NCBI RefSeq assembly: GCF_009834535.1
Contig: NC_045696.1
Location: 40,798,001-40,862,000 of the forward strand
DNA from: Camelus ferus
Lineage: Eukaryota
Direction: 5' to 3'
DNA: 64,000 bases
Made by a program: the position numbers and the translations under genes. Each line of letters opens with the position of its first letter. The first letter of the stretch is position 1. Below, piece after piece: positions 49,881 to 64,000 of the stretch. Under the pieces are notes generated by a model that was not told the DNA's origin, did no database searches, and was given only the letters and a program-made list of their open reading frames with translations.

Positions 49881-52800
49881 TTCTAGATGATATTATCTCA
49901 GAATGAGTTGGCCAGAGGAATTTATCTCTCTGTATTACATGTTATGTTGTATCACCTAACACATTATACTATATAATACATAATTATATTATAATTTATC
50001 TGATTGCATGATTTATCTTTACTCTTTAGATAGTGAGCTTCTTCTCATGGGCAGTGGCTGATGGCATGTGGCTCAGTAAATTTTTTTTGTCTAATGTGTG
50101 CATGAATGAATACAGATTTTTGTCAAATCATGTGCAATAACATACCAAGCTGTCATTTCAAATAAGTTTTCTGACTTCATTGTTTCTGTGAGCTGTGTAA
50201 TTATCTGATGGTGTAAAGCTCTTTTTTTTTTTTTTTTTATGGAAAGTAAAGGTTATCAGAAACTGTCTTGGCTGTCAAACTTTCTGAAACTGCAGCCATG
50301 TAAGTTCAGAGGGTGTGGAGAAATCCTTGTAAAAATGTTTATAGTTTGAAATGATTTAAATTTAATTAAAAAGTTAACATAAGCTACAGATTTTTAAAAA
50401 TAAATGTTAAATTATTATAGTTCAAAGATTTGTCATTATTGTTCTTGGTATTGGAGAAACCAGCTTTGGAATTGAACACAAGTTCTCATTTTCTGAGGCT
50501 TTCTTTCTGAAATAATGCCTTAAGCTCTAAAGTCATGATTGAAAAAATTTTTTTGGTATTTATATTAATTGTACAACTTTTGGTATTCTGAGTTTAGTTC
50601 AAATTTTTGTACAACTTTTCCAAAATTATTGCTAAACTTTTCTTAAAATTGTTAAGATATCAGTTCCATAAAGAAGCTTCTATTGTTAATTTGAGATGTG
50701 AATAGGAATTGTTTTGAGAATAATGGGATCTTTTTCAAAGTTTTGTTCACTTTGTGAATGGTACTCTTAGTGCTTTCCATTTCATGAGCATTGAAATAGA
50801 GATTTAAAATGTCACTTAAGGAATAGGTGATTGCAATTTCAAACATGATATAATCAATAAAGAAATACATTTAATATGAAAGAGAATGAAACCCATTGTT
50901 AAGAAGAATATTGACAGCTTGTGGTTCTAGGAAGACTAGATATTGCCTTATAGAAAATGAATAGAAAATGAACCTTGTTGGCTTGAATTAAGGGTTTTTA
51001 AGTGACAACTGTTTGATTTTGTAAACTATAAATAGAGGGCAGACAAAAATTATAAATTAAAAAGATTTATTTTGTTTATACTATTTACTTTAATATTACT
51101 ATTATAATTCAGAAGTAATTCCTAAATAATAATTCATTTCTAGAGTTTTATTCCTGTGGATGTTTTAATATCCACAGGTAAGAGTAATTGGTTTTTGCAC
51201 GCTAAAGAAATGTATTAAATTAATTTATTTCTGTTTATATGTACTCACTGCTGAGAGTACAGGTGCATCTAAGCATAGTGAGGTAATTCTGGAGCACCAG
51301 TTAAGTGTACTTCAGTACACAGCCAACTTAAGGAGTTAGGGTGGTATTTCTTTCTCATTACATTTTGGATAAAGGGGAAATTTGTAATAGAAACAGGTAA
51401 GGTACTGTTCTATGTTGACTTGTGCTGTTTTCATCCCATTCTTTGTTTGAGGCAAAGAATGTACACTATTTTCAGTTTCCAAATAAACTAGTGTTTTGTT
51501 TGGGAGCTGGGGGAAAGAGCCTGATGCATTTCTGTGTTCATTAAAGGTGCTAGAAAGTCACCTCATTTGTATAGAAAAGAACAGTATGTTGGGGACTTTT
51601 TATTTTGAGGAAGCATGGAAGAGGAAAAGGATTTAGAGCACTCTAAAGTTAACTTCTCATCAGCAGAGGAGATATTCTTCCATTTTGTAAGCAACGTCTG
51701 ACAGCAAATGCATTGCGACATTGCACATCCAGTAAAGTTATGAGCAGCTTTTTTTCCTTACACAAAAATTCCTGAGTTTTTTCTTAGCAGAGAAAGGGGC
51801 ACCATTGGTATACCATTGGTGCAATTTGATCTACATGGATTATGGGTTAAAAATAAGTGTATGAAAATTTAAAGCATCTGTTCTGTTTGTACTAGAGTTA
51901 ATTTTAGTAGTTTACAGTGCAGCATTCTGTGATATCTGTCTCCTTTGCCTGTTGCACAGTGCTGAAATATTGTAGCTATCGTGTTTGTCCTGTGAAGCGA
52001 GATCACTAGATTTAGCACCTTCTTTACTTGGCCAAGACCCTAGTTAAAGACAGATTCTACAGAGGATTACATTATTTGATAAGGGAATCTCCCAAAGCTG
52101 TTGTGCTGTTGTGGATCTGATCCTCATACATAGTTTCACTGTTTTTTTTTTTTTTTTAAGCTGGTGAATGGGGTGTTTTCCCCCTTGGTGTTCAAATAAA
52201 TTAAAATACTATAACAAGTATGTCTGATTCTGACAAGAACCCAGATAACTTCAAGATTTCATATTTAACAAAATGTGTTCTCACAGACTGTAAGGTATCA
52301 CGGTCATTTCCAAATGTGCCATCATACTATTTGTTGTTAGAATGTTTTGATGGTTTGCGATTGGTATTTAGAAGTAAGTTACATAGTATTTATTATGGTC
52401 ATTTAACTCCATCCATAGTTGCTGTACAAGTGAATCTGTAACAGAGTACTCCTATTTCCATTTCTACTAAATGTCACACAGAATATTTAGGAGTTTTGGT
52501 GTGTTAGTAATTTGTAACAAGTGTGCCAACAGTAGTAGTAGAGTAAGTTCAGACAAAGCTTTGGTGCTGCCTCATGACCTGGGCATTAAGAAAAAACCAG
52601 AAGTATGATGGTACAAATTAAGTCATGAAACCACAACTCAACATGTGCAACCTGCCACTGTTACTGTTACCCAATTAGCTGGTGCCCACAACTAGTTAGC
52701 TGGCCATTTTTAGTTTTAAATAATTGATAAGAAGCTTGTGCCTGGGCATAAAGTATCCATGGGCAAGCTGGCCTGTCACTGTTCAATCTGTACTCATAGT

Positions 52801-53451
52801 GGTTTACATTCTAAACAAACTGAAATGAACTACACCCCAAAAAGAGCCACTCCCACCTCTGTTCAGTGGTTCTTAGATAATAGGACTTGGGCTAAAACCT
52901 TGGAATAGCCAGCTAGAATGTACACTATGGCTTTATGTTTACTGCCAGGTCTCCAGTGCCTCGCACAGCGGCTAGCATGTAGTAGGTGCTCAATACATAT
53001 TCATTGAAGGTTAAAAAAAAGAATACTGTTATTAAAGAGGAAAGAATTCAGAGCATTAATTAGAGTTATGGGAGAAGTACTGACACTGAAAGGGAGAATT
53101 CTAATGAGAGAGTCTAACTTTGCAGAGTATGTGAAGAGGATGAGGACTGAGAAAGATGACTAATGACTCCTTGGTGCAGTTTTGTTAGAGTGATGGAGGG
53201 TTTGAGTGAATGAGGAGAGAGTAAGCGATGAGTGGAGACTACTGTTTGCAGGAGTTGTACCGATAAGAGTAGGAGAGAGATGACTTTTTGAAAGGGAGTC
53301 ACATATCGGACCTTTTGAATAAGCAAATGTGGAAATATTTGAGGAAAGGTGAATAATAATCACAGGCTATATTGTTTTTTATATTTTTGAATGCTAGAAA
53401 TTCTTTCAGTGAAGATTTCTGAGTCCATTTGTTCTCCTGTCTCTGTTTGAC

Positions 53452-53639
53452 ATAGTAGGCCTTCTGTATCCTTGGGTTACATATCTGTGGGTGTGGAACC
53501 CACAGGTTTGGAATCCAAGAAAATGGAGGGCTGACTATGCAGTACACCATTTTATTTAAGAGATCTGAGCATCCTCAGATTTGGGTATCTACACAGGGTC
53601 CTAGACCCAATCCTCCAAGGATACCGAGGGACAGCTGTA
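53452..53639. mobile_element. MER2/Tigger-type MITE (internally deleted)
   Basis: Ends ...gccttctgtatcc and ggataccgagggacagctgta resemble MER2 TIRs. Confidence 0.6.
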
Positions 53640-55071
53640 CTACTGCTCGCAGAGATTTGAGCAGTATCCTGTCAGTAGAAATACCGTATTTAAGGTGTCT
53701 ACATAGCAAGTGTTGGGCTTTTATTGATCTTCCCAGTAACGTGGCTTTTTTATTTTTATTTTAATCAAATAATAATGTATCTTAGACACTGACCACTTTA
53801 AGACACAAAATTAATATTTTTTTAAATTGGTAATTGGGTTTTCTCTGTAGTTTCTCTGTACTCTACATTTATGTTTAAGTAATTATGCATTTTCTAGGTC
53901 CTAAGTGATCTTTCTGAACTACTGTAATCTTTGACTTTTTTATCATTACAGGAAAGAATTAGATTTTGAGAATTTTGAAAACTAATGAAGTTGACTTAGC
54001 TTACTTGATAGACTGAGAAGCTTTATAAATTAAAACAATTTGTTTCTAATCCAGGAAACATTCTGTCTTAAGTGTTTTAGCAATTTATCTCAATATGCTT
54101 AGGTGACAAAGTGCTATTCTGAAGTTGAATAGGCTGTGGGAAATCATACAGGCCATCTAATAAGTTGCTGGGAATGATTGCTAATGGCTTACTTCTAGGG
54201 CTAAATTTCATTATTTCATATGTATGCTATTAAAAAAATTTATTGAGTGCTTATTTTGTCTTTAAAGATTTATTCTTGTCTAAATGAAGAGTGACTATGT
54301 TTTCCTACACTCATGTTTTCTCTTGTCTTGTGATTTTAGTTTTTTCCACATTTGACGATTGTCTCATTTGTGCCTCAGGATTTGTGTCACACGTACCCAA
54401 CAGTGGTTCATGTGACCAGCAACTCACTGTCTAACACACTTCTTTTTTGGGAAACAATGAATCTTTAATGTCGGTGGAGTCTTGTATGGAGACCATCCTG
54501 AAAGAGAAAGTTGGAAAGGATAAATACAGGCAAGGTATAGGCATTAGGATGGAATGGGAAGAAGAGTGCGAGGGATATTCTGTTGGAAGAGAAGATAATT
54601 CATACGCTGTATGAATACTCTCCACCTCTTTTGATTAGGTGGTATCTGGTACTCTCCCCATTTTATAGGTGGAGAAACTGAGTTTGTATTCTAGGTCACA
54701 CAGCTGTTAAATGTGTGGAGTCTGATGTCACGTTTTCTGGTTTTAAATTTTATACTATTTTCTCTGAAACATGTTGTTTCTAAGTCTTTATATTTTTAAT
54801 TCCTTGGTGTTTTTGCTCTTGAGCTGCCATAGCAATTGTTTACAAGTCTGTTCTTTTCCCACAGTGGCTGTTAACATGTAATGCTATCAATTTGAGGAGT
54901 TAAAGAGGCAAGGCAAGCCCTTATCTCCTTAACAATCTTAAGATGTGGCTCGGACCCTTCATAGTGATGCTCTCTTTTTCTTGAAATGGTAAATGAAGGT
55001 TGGCTGCAGTAGCTTCCTCTAAAAACTCTAAATCGAAGCATCTCTAAATGTTCGCCAATGAACAGTAAACA

Positions 55072-57133
55072 TTTTTGTAACATTTTATTGACATAATTCA
55101 TGTATCATAAAATATATACATTTAAACTGTACAGCCCAGTGATTTTAGTGTATTCCCATAGTTTAGCAATCATCACCATGATCTAAAGTTCAGAATATTT
55201 TCATTAACCCCAAAAAAACCTTGTACCGATTAGCAGTTCCTCTTATTCCCCTTTCACCCCAGGCCCTAATGATCTATGTTCTGTTTCTATAAACGTGCCT
55301 ATTTTGGACATTTCATGTGAATGGAATCACACGATATGTGACCTTTGTGTCTGGTTTCTTTCACTGAGGATACTTTTCCAGGTTCATGCATGTGTTACAT
55401 GTTATGAACACTTCATTCCTTTTTATTTCTTAGTATTCCAGTGTATGAATACACATTTTATTTATCTATTCATCAGGTGATGGACATTTTGTTTCTACTT
55501 TTTGGCTTTTATGAATAATACAGTACTGTTATAAATATTTACTTACAAGCTTTTTATTATGGCCTTTTTTAATGTAGTAAAATATACATAACATAAAATT
55601 TGTTTAATGTGTACAATTCAGTGACATTAAGTACATTCACAGTGTTGTGCAGCCATCACCACTGTCTATCTCTAGAATTTTTAATCATCACAAACAGAAA
55701 CTCTGTATCTAATAAACAATAGTTCTCCATTCCTCTTTACCTTCAGGCCCTGTTAACCTCTATTCTACTTTGTGTCTCTGTGAATTTGCCTATTTTAGGT
55801 GCCTCATATGAGTGGAATCTTACACTATTTCCCCTTTTGTGACTGTTTTTTTCTCACTTAGCATTTGTTTTGAGAGTTCATCCACATTGTAGCATGTGTC
55901 AGAATTTCCTTCCTTTTCAAGGCTGATTAACATTCCATTATATATATATGTACACATTTTATATATATCTATATATAGATACACACACACGTACATACAT
56001 ACCACATTTTGCTTATCCATTCATACATCAAAGAATATTTAGGTTGTTTCCACTTTTTGGTTATTCTGAATAATGTGCTATGAACATGGATGTGTAAATA
56101 TCTGAGTCCTTGCTTTCGGTTCTTTGGGGTATATACCTGAAGTGGAATTGCTAGATTATATGGTAATTCTGTGTTTAACCTTTTAAAGAGCTGCCAAGCT
56201 TTTCCACAGTGGCTGCACCATTTTGCATTCCACCAGCAATGCACAGGGATTCTAATTTCTCCATATTCTTACCCTCACTTCCCCGTTTTTTTGACACTAG
56301 ATATCCCAATAAGTTTGTTGTATTGTATCTCGTTGTGGTTTATATACAAGTTTTTGTCTGTGTATGTTTTGTATTCTCTTCAATGTATACCTAGGAGTAG
56401 AATCGCTAGATTATACTGAAACTTTTTTTTTTTTTTTTATTGAAGTACAGTCAGTTATAATGTGTCTATCTCTGGTGTACAGCACAGTATCTCAGTCATG
56501 CATATAAATACATATATTCATTTTCATATTTTTTCCATTAAAGGTTATTAAAAGATATTGAACATAGTTCCCTGTGCTATACAAAAGAAATTTTAAAAAG
56601 TCTGTTTTTATATATAGTGGCTAACATTTGTAAATCTCAAACTCCCAAATTTATCCCCTCCCACTCCCTTTCCCCGGTAACCATAAGATTGTTTACTAAG
56701 TCTGTGAGTCTGTTTCTGTTTTGTAGATGAGTTCATAGTGTGTGCCCCCACCTTTTCTTTTTTAGATACCACATATAAGTGATATCATATGGTATTTTTC
56801 TTTCTCTTTGTGGCTTACTTCACTTAGAATGACAATCTCTAGGTCCATCCATGTTGCTGCAAATCATACTGTAACTTTATTTTTAACGTTCTGAGGATCT
56901 GTTAAACCAGTTTCATGAAAGGCTGTGCCATTTTACATTCCTACCAGAAATGTACGAAGGTTCCAGTTTGTATTATGTCTTTTTGGTATTAGCCATCCTT
57001 GTGAATGTGAAATGGTATCTCATTGTGGGGTCTTTTTTCATTGCGGTTTTGATTTGAATTTCCCTAATGGCTAATGATATTGAGTGTCTTTTCATGTACT
57101 TATTAGCTACTTGCTTATCCTTTTTTGGAGAAA
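55072..57133 (-). mobile_element. Nested L1 cluster: host L1, inserted L1 (about 55560-56340) and young L1 3' end (56423-56865)
   Basis: Three successive L1 3'UTR starts. The young copy has a T-tail and TSD ATACTG(A/T)AACTTT at 56413 and 56866. Confidence 0.8.
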
Positions 57134-59834
57134 GGAGAGTCATCAGATGCTGTGGAAAGGTTAAATTAAAGTAAAGAATTTGTTATTAGAAAGGTTATTA
57201 GGAAGGAGCATAGGAAGAATGGTTCCTCTGGAGTTGTGGGTATCAAAGAGGATGGACAAGTGATGGGCAGGGGATAAGAGGAGGAGTTGAGTGGAAAATG
57301 AGGGAGAAATGGTGACATATATTGTCAAGAATACCTTCAAAAAGCTTTGCCGTGAAAGGAACAATCAAAGATGCAGTTAACTACGTGGAAGGAAAGTTTG
57401 GAGGAGCTTTTGCGGTTGTCATTGTTGATGTTGTTTCTAATAGCAGTACATAAGCATATAGACTCAGAGGAAAGAGCCAGAGGAGAAAGAGAAGTGGAAG
57501 GTAGCAGAGAGGGGGTAATTGGTGACATGTGGTTCCAGAGGAGTTGGGAGGGGGCAGGTAATACCCAGGTGAAGTTAGTCTCAGGCTAGAGAAAGGATAC
57601 CTAGACATCTGTGCATGTAGGAAAGAAGGAAATGATTCCTGGGATGATATGCAGCTTATGTTTGTTTTTGGAGAGTGGCTGAGATCAAAGGGAAGAGAAA
57701 CCTGCTGGCCTGTAGTTTCTCCTTAGAGTTAGAAGTAAATGTCACTTGAAGGAAGGTGACTGGGTGGGGAGTCTGAAGAGAGTGGTGAATAGAAGATTTC
57801 TGGGTAGCATTGATGCCTAGAAGAAATAGAAGGTGGTGAATTTATGATAGCATCATAAAGTTGTGTTAATTTGTTTTCTAATGAAGTCCTCATTGAGCAG
57901 AGCGTAGGAACAAAGAAGGCAGAACTCGTTAGATTAACCTGATGTTAGGATTTTGCAGCTTTCTGAGTGTGGCAGGAAAACAAAGGAATGGAGTTCAGGG
58001 TGTTGAGAAGGTGCTTAAAGTCTCAGGCCATGGAATTAATACTGAGGACATAAAGTGAAGCCACACGAAAGTTCTTCTAACGACTCTGTGCCACCCTTCC
58101 ACACTCTACTTTTAACTCCATACACAGGAACCATGGGGAGCATACTCTTTCTCCAAAATTAATTTTCTTCCATGCTCAACAATAGAATCAAATATTTTTA
58201 CATTTTGTAACTTCCTTCCAAGTTTATCATATATGTAAACTTTTAGAAAAGAAAACAGTTGTCAGTATGGGTTGCACTTGTTTATCTTGTTTGCATTTTC
58301 AGTATTCGGTATGGGAGAACAAAAATACATACATATGTGCCACTATGCCACATTGTATTCTTATTGATTATGTGAAATATTCTTTCTTAAGTAATAGCTA
58401 CTTAATACTTTAAGTAAAGACATACATACTGAGATTTATTATCTTTTTTCTCCTTGCAAATATTTGTTTATTTTAGAGAATACAGTTAATAATGCCACCT
58501 CTTAAAAAAAAAAAAGACAAATTAAAATGCTCCTGTAAGTACACCACTAGAAATAAGATTTTAAAATATCCTTCCCTATGTGTGTGGGAAAGAATGAGGG
58601 TGGAATGAGAATAGTATATTTTCTCTTTCAAACATGTATGCTTACATGTTAATTTTCAAACTCTTTTTCTTAAAAAATTAATACAAGTCCTTAATAACAA
58701 ACATTTCCCATGTTATGAACTGTTTTTCAGCATTTTAAACCGTTGCTTAGTATTCCATATACTGATTTAAATCAATTCCTCATTTTAGGACATTTACATT
58801 GCTTGTAGTTTTTCATAGTTAAAATAAGCACTGCTTTGACATACTTGTAACTAAATCATTTTACTCATTCTTTTATTGCTTGGTGAAAGGTGTATGTGTT
58901 AAAAAAATCCATAAATGTTATCTAAATTATTCAAGTAGGATACATACAAATATAATACATATTCTAAGTATACTCAGGTTGTACTGACTGATGCTATGTG
59001 AGAAGTTAAAAGTTTCCTTCTATTTCACTTAATTAAGTAAGCATCTTTTATGATTTTGTTTTTTGTTCTAATGGATACTGCCGTAATTCTAAATAATATT
59101 TGATGCCTATGTTACTTAACTTTTAACATTAAGGAATATTGATTATTGAATAATTCTTGAGGGAATTTGTGCTAAGGATAAGTAGGAAAAGATTAATGCA
59201 AGGAAATTTTAGGAAGTGTGTAAATAGCAAGCAGTAGAGGAGCAGCCAGATAAATTTCTCCAGCCATTAAAAATCTTATTTTTAAGAGTATTGAATGAAT
59301 CAGAGAAATATGTATGATATTTTTGAAAAACACAAATAAGTGAATCCTGCAGGGTATAAAATTATATACTCAATATACCAGTTTTTATATGTATATATGT
59401 CTCTGTACACACACAGACATATATGAAGAACTGAAAAGTTATTCACAGAATGTTAACAGTGATTATCTCATAGTAATAGAATTGTGGTTGGTTTTAAAAT
59501 ATTTTTTTACATTGGCCAAATTCTCTAAAATGATTTTGATACATTAAGAAAAAGTTATTTTTAAAAAGTCAGCTATTGTTCAGTAATAATAACGATAATA
59601 GTATTCATGTCTTCTGTTTATTGAAGAATTATTATGTTCAAAGTATTGCACTGAGTGCTTTGTGTTCAGAAATTTGTTTAAGCGTTAACTGACCCTATAA
59701 GGTAGTCACTGTGTTTCTACATACGTTACTTGCTTAAGATCACATGGCTGTTGAGTTGGGCCAATATTGGATCTCAGATCTGACTCTAAAGCTTGGATTC
59801 ATGGGCTTTTGTGATATATTGAATACAGTTGAAT

Positions 59835-60570
59835 TTAAAAAATTATGGTAGAATATGCACATAAAACTTACCATCTTAACCATTTACGTATATAGTTCAG
59901 CAGTGTTAACTGTATTCTCATTGATGTGCAGCCAGTCTCCAGAACTCTTCTCATCTTGTAAAACTGAAACTCTGTAACCCATTAAAAAACTCCTCTTTAC
60001 CCCCTTGCCTCCAGTCCTTAGCAACCACCATCCTACTTTCTATCTCTATGAATTTGTCTATTCTAAGTACCTCATATATGTGAAATTGTACCCTGTCTTT
60101 TTGTGACTGGTTTATTTCATTTAGCATTATGTCCTCAAGATTCATCCATGTTGAAGCATGTGTCAGAATTTCCTTTTCTAAGGCTGAATAATATTCCATT
60201 GTGTGTATATGTGTGTATGTGTGTGTGTGTATCTCCCCTATTTTGTATATCCATCAAAGGATATTTAGGTTGTTTCCACCTTTGGCTTTTGTGAATAATG
60301 TTATAAACATTAATGTACAAATATCTGCTCTTTCTCGCTTTCACTTTTCTTGGGCATTATATCTAGAAGTAGAATTGCTGAAACATATGTTGATACTATT
60401 TTTAAATTATTTTGTGGAATCACCATACTGTTTTCTTTAGTGACTACATCATTTTACATTTCCACTGACAGTGTACAGGGTTTCAATTTCTCCACATCCT
60501 CACCAACATTTATTTTCTGTTTTTTTGTTTTTGTTTTCTAAAATAATAGCCATCCTAATGGGTGTGAAGT
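59835..60570 (-). mobile_element. L1M 3' fragment
   Basis: Minus ORFs MEYYSAL..ASTWMNLEDIMLNEI and KRWKQPKYP-like peptides (L1 ORF2 C-terminus) plus 3'UTR. Confidence 0.85.
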
Positions 60571-62902
60571 TTTAATAGACTTGATTTTTAAATTCTTCCA
60601 GATGTCCTTGGGAAGAATGAATAATAAACAAGTATATATGTATCATACACTTAACCAATTGGACTATTGATGTTTATGTTCAAAATTAAGAGATAGTCTT
60701 AATAGCCAAAGAATTGAAACAAATCAAATGGCCATTAACTGATGAATGGATAAATTATAGTATATACATACAATAGAATATTATTTGACAATAAAAAGCA
60801 TGTACTGATACATGCTACAACATTGAAAACATTATACTAAGGGAAAGAAACCAGACACAAAGATCACATATATATGATTCCATATATAAAATGTCCAGAA
60901 TGGGTAAATGTATAGAGACAGAAAGTAAATCAATGGTTGTGAGGTGCTGGGAGCTGGGTGCTGGGGCGTGGAGAGTGGCTGATATTGGAAATGGGTTTTA
61001 AGTGCAGAAAGATATATGTAAAAAAAAATTTTTAGGAAATGGATTGTCTTGCTTTCATCTTCTGTTAGGAGTGTGTACAATTAAACTTTTCAGACATTTT
61101 GGAATTATAGGGAAGAGAAGTGTTTAGAACATGACTAGGAGTAAAACAATTTGTAAATAAAGTATATAGGGTTTCTTTTCCCTAGTGGCAGATTTTCTGT
61201 AACTTTTTAAGTTTTAGGAATGCAGCGTATGCTATAATCTAGTTGCTTTTAAAAAATGTAATTTTAAATATGATTCAATGTATGGCTTATTTGAAAAATA
61301 GTTACAAAATTTCAAATTGAATTTATTAATCCTAGAAGCATTTAGAAATGAATGTTTAATTTGGTAGCATTTGAAAATTCATATCCCTTCACCCCCTTAA
61401 CTTGCATTGTGCAAATGCTTCCATGTACTAGAAATTACTCACCATTTGGTTGAGGAAGAGAAGTCTAATTCAGTTACTAGTTTAAATATAAACATTACAC
61501 TAATTTCATGTAAATTTAGTCATATTGTTTGCCTTGCTGTAATTCTAAAGCAACTTGGGTTAACAGTGTTTATTAGATTAGGTGATTTTTGCCACAGAAT
61601 ATCAGCAATGGGGAAATTCTGCTAAGTTTTATAAAAGTTTTGAAAATATGTCATTGCTAGATCATCAACAGTAACCTGTAGTGTTATTGCACAAACATAT
61701 GTTATAGTTTCAAGGTCACAGAGTCAGGAAGAGATGCATTTCTGCTAATTTACAACCCCCAAACTTTGGATTTGCTTTGCCTTGAATCTTCTGAGCAAAG
61801 AAGACAGTTACTTACTTTTCATAATTCCTAGAATACTTCTCTATTTTAAGACCTGTCTGAATATCCAGTACATTTTTATCAACCTTTAGCTTGTGAGGAT
61901 GGTAAGAAGCCACCATAATCAAAGATTTAAAAAATCAACCCACCCAGTCATACTCTACCAGACATGTGTTTTGCTTTTGAATGTTAGGTGTTGCTTGTTC
62001 AAAAGTAAAAAGAAACTTGGTTTAGGGGAAGGAAAATTCTATTTGAGAGCTAAATGCTGTAGAGTTGTTCTTTCCTTGATAGGAAATTGACCCTTTTATG
62101 AAATATTTAACTTCATTATTTTCAGCTCTTTTATTTCTTTTACAAGCACATTTGTAATGTTGAAGATCTGATAACTGAACCTTTGAACATCGTGTTCAGA
62201 TGATAACATTACTTTTAATTATTTAGATTGTGGGAAGTGCCTTTTACAACTTGAGGTGGAGCATTTTCTGGTTTCTTGTTCATGGCTCCTGGAGACCACA
62301 TTTGCGGTTCCCTGGGGGGAAGCATCAAAGACTCCAGTAGCAGCTGTATCAACAGAGATGTGTTTGTACATTATTAAGATTTTAAAAGTACATTGAGGAT
62401 TGGACATTTTGCCCCAAAGTACTAACTTTGTTGTCTGGAATAGTAAGGGATTTGGCAAAGTTACTTCAAAAAGAAACCAAGGATTTTGCACTGAAAAATG
62501 GAAAAATTCTAGTTCTTCATTTATTTGGTAAAACAATTTTATCTCATTAAATGATGTTTTCAGTTCATTTCCTCATTTTATCATTTAAAAGTATGGTATT
62601 TATTCATCAGAGATTCCATTAAATTTTCTTTGTTTAATGGTTACAAACAATCCTTCAGATACCAACAGGCTGTCTTGTACATTTTGGCTAAATAGAACAG
62701 ATAAACTTCAGTCTTTATCAACTACGAGCCTTAATTAACTATTTCTCAGCCGTAGACTTAAAGTCTCTTTTTTTCACTTTCTGATCCAGCACTTTGGTGA
62801 CCATATAGCAAAAGAACAAAATGTTTTTTTGTGTGTAGTTACTATTTAGATTTGATTAGTTGGACATACGAATTTGTAGTATTCTTGTTAAGAAATATTT
62901 CA

Positions 62903-63010
62903 TAAATATATGTATATTCACGTATGACTGAAGAATTGTGCTGTACACCAGAAATTGACACAACATTCTAAACTGACTATAACTCAATTTTAAAAAAATC
63001 TCAAAAAAAG
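62903..63010 (+). mobile_element. Short young L1 3' end
   Basis: tgtgctgtacaccagaaattgacacaacattctaaactgactataactcaa plus A tail. TSD AGAAATATTTCA at 62891 and 63011. Confidence 0.8.
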
Positions 63011-63774
63011 AGAAATATTTCAAATTTGACCAGTGCTTTTCTGTTGAATATGATCCCAAGTGATTACATTTTCGTTTAATTCCTTTCCCTTAAGGGGGCA
63101 ACACTTTAGTAAGTTTATACATTTAAACTAATATTCTTGGAATTCTATCAATAGGGGAGATACTCTTATTGAGAGAATGTGTAATTGAAGCAATTTATTT
63201 TTCTTAAAAAACTCAAAAATGTGACAAAATCCTTATTTTTTGGTCCTAGTGGGAAGTTCTGCCATTTAGCCTGCTTTAAAGAATCTGCCTAAGTTAGGGA
63301 TTTTTACTTGTAAAAATTTAATTTCTTATATATTGTGTACTAAAATTGTAAACGGTGACTGGAACCTCAGCTTTTGAGAATTCTGAGGGAATTTAACTAT
63401 TTTAAGTGGCTGTTTCCTGGCCCCAAAACAATTCATACTTTTGTGAAAGTTTTTTTTTTAATTTATTATTTAAACCATATATAAATGAAAATAAAATTTA
63501 TTTCATACTTTTTTTCCCCTTAAACATAGTAGACTAAACATAACTGCTTAATGATTTACTTGATAATTTACTAAATGATGTGGTATTATTTTGCTTTAGT
63601 ATATAACAAATACAGTGATGCCATTAGAGTTTTTTTGTTCCTCTAACATATATTGAATTTTTACTGTAAGCCAGGCACTGCTCTAGGCATAATATCGCTA
63701 TAATTTTGTACTAAGTATTCCCATACTTTGCATTCTTGGCCCAATTTTATACTTTCCCCTTCATGCCACTGTCT

Positions 63775-64000
63775 GGCATAATGCTAAGAGTATAAATTCT
63801 GGAACCAGACTGGTAAAATTTGAATCCTGACTCCCACTTAATAAATGTGTGACTGTAAGCTACACAACCACTCTTTCCCTCAGTTTTTGCATCTGTAAGC
63901 TGGGGCCAGTGATGTAACCTATTTCGTAGGGTTATTGCGAGAGTGTAAAAAAACACATGTGAAATGTTTGGAACAGTGGCTGGCACAAAGTTAGTGCTGT
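63775..64000 (+). mobile_element. MIR SINE
   Basis: tttgaatcctgactcccactta...tgtgtgac...cctcagtttttgcatctgtaa core. Confidence 0.75.

Noticed and set aside
54865..54988. Cryptic exon (cttttcccacag ... ATG|gtaaat) that might compensate the TBC1D23 frameshift
   Set aside because: Its 124 nt do not restore the required phase, and the frame from exon 1 hits TAA within 13 codons.
47001..64000. Search for TBC1D23 exon 2 ([24 protein letters not shown])
   Set aside because: Not seen by eye; it is presumably just beyond the window end.
1..64000. CRISPR arrays, prokaryotic operons, rRNA or foreign inserts
   Set aside because: No regularly spaced repeats or gene-dense blocks were seen; the whole window fits mammalian intron/intergenic DNA.

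Overview
This is mammalian genomic DNA, most likely camelid (a tRNA-Ala-like SINE resembling camelid Vic-1, plus artiodactyl-type L1 3' ends). Two genes lie on the + strand. The first is the 3' part of TMEM30C/CDC50C: five coding exons from 3488 to 13308 that splice into one open frame, with a U12-type final intron and a polyA signal at 13449. The second is the CpG-island promoter and first coding exon of TBC1D23 (ATG 46945, donor 46999); the rest of the window is its intron 1. The remainder is mostly interspersed repeats: L1, L2, MIR, MLT/LTR16/MER31-like LTRs, Tigger and hAT MITEs, and a near full-length hAT-Blackjack fossil. The most notable observations are an apparent +1 frameshift in TBC1D23 exon 1 (real allele or assembly error), the minor-spliceosome intron, a CTCF site with its upstream motif between the genes, a probable L1 3' transduction, and a young 62-bp templated copy inside the ancient Blackjack element. 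I found no convincing new multi-gene system. Gene and repeat family names come from recalled sequences, not database searches, and repeat boundaries without TSDs are approximate.
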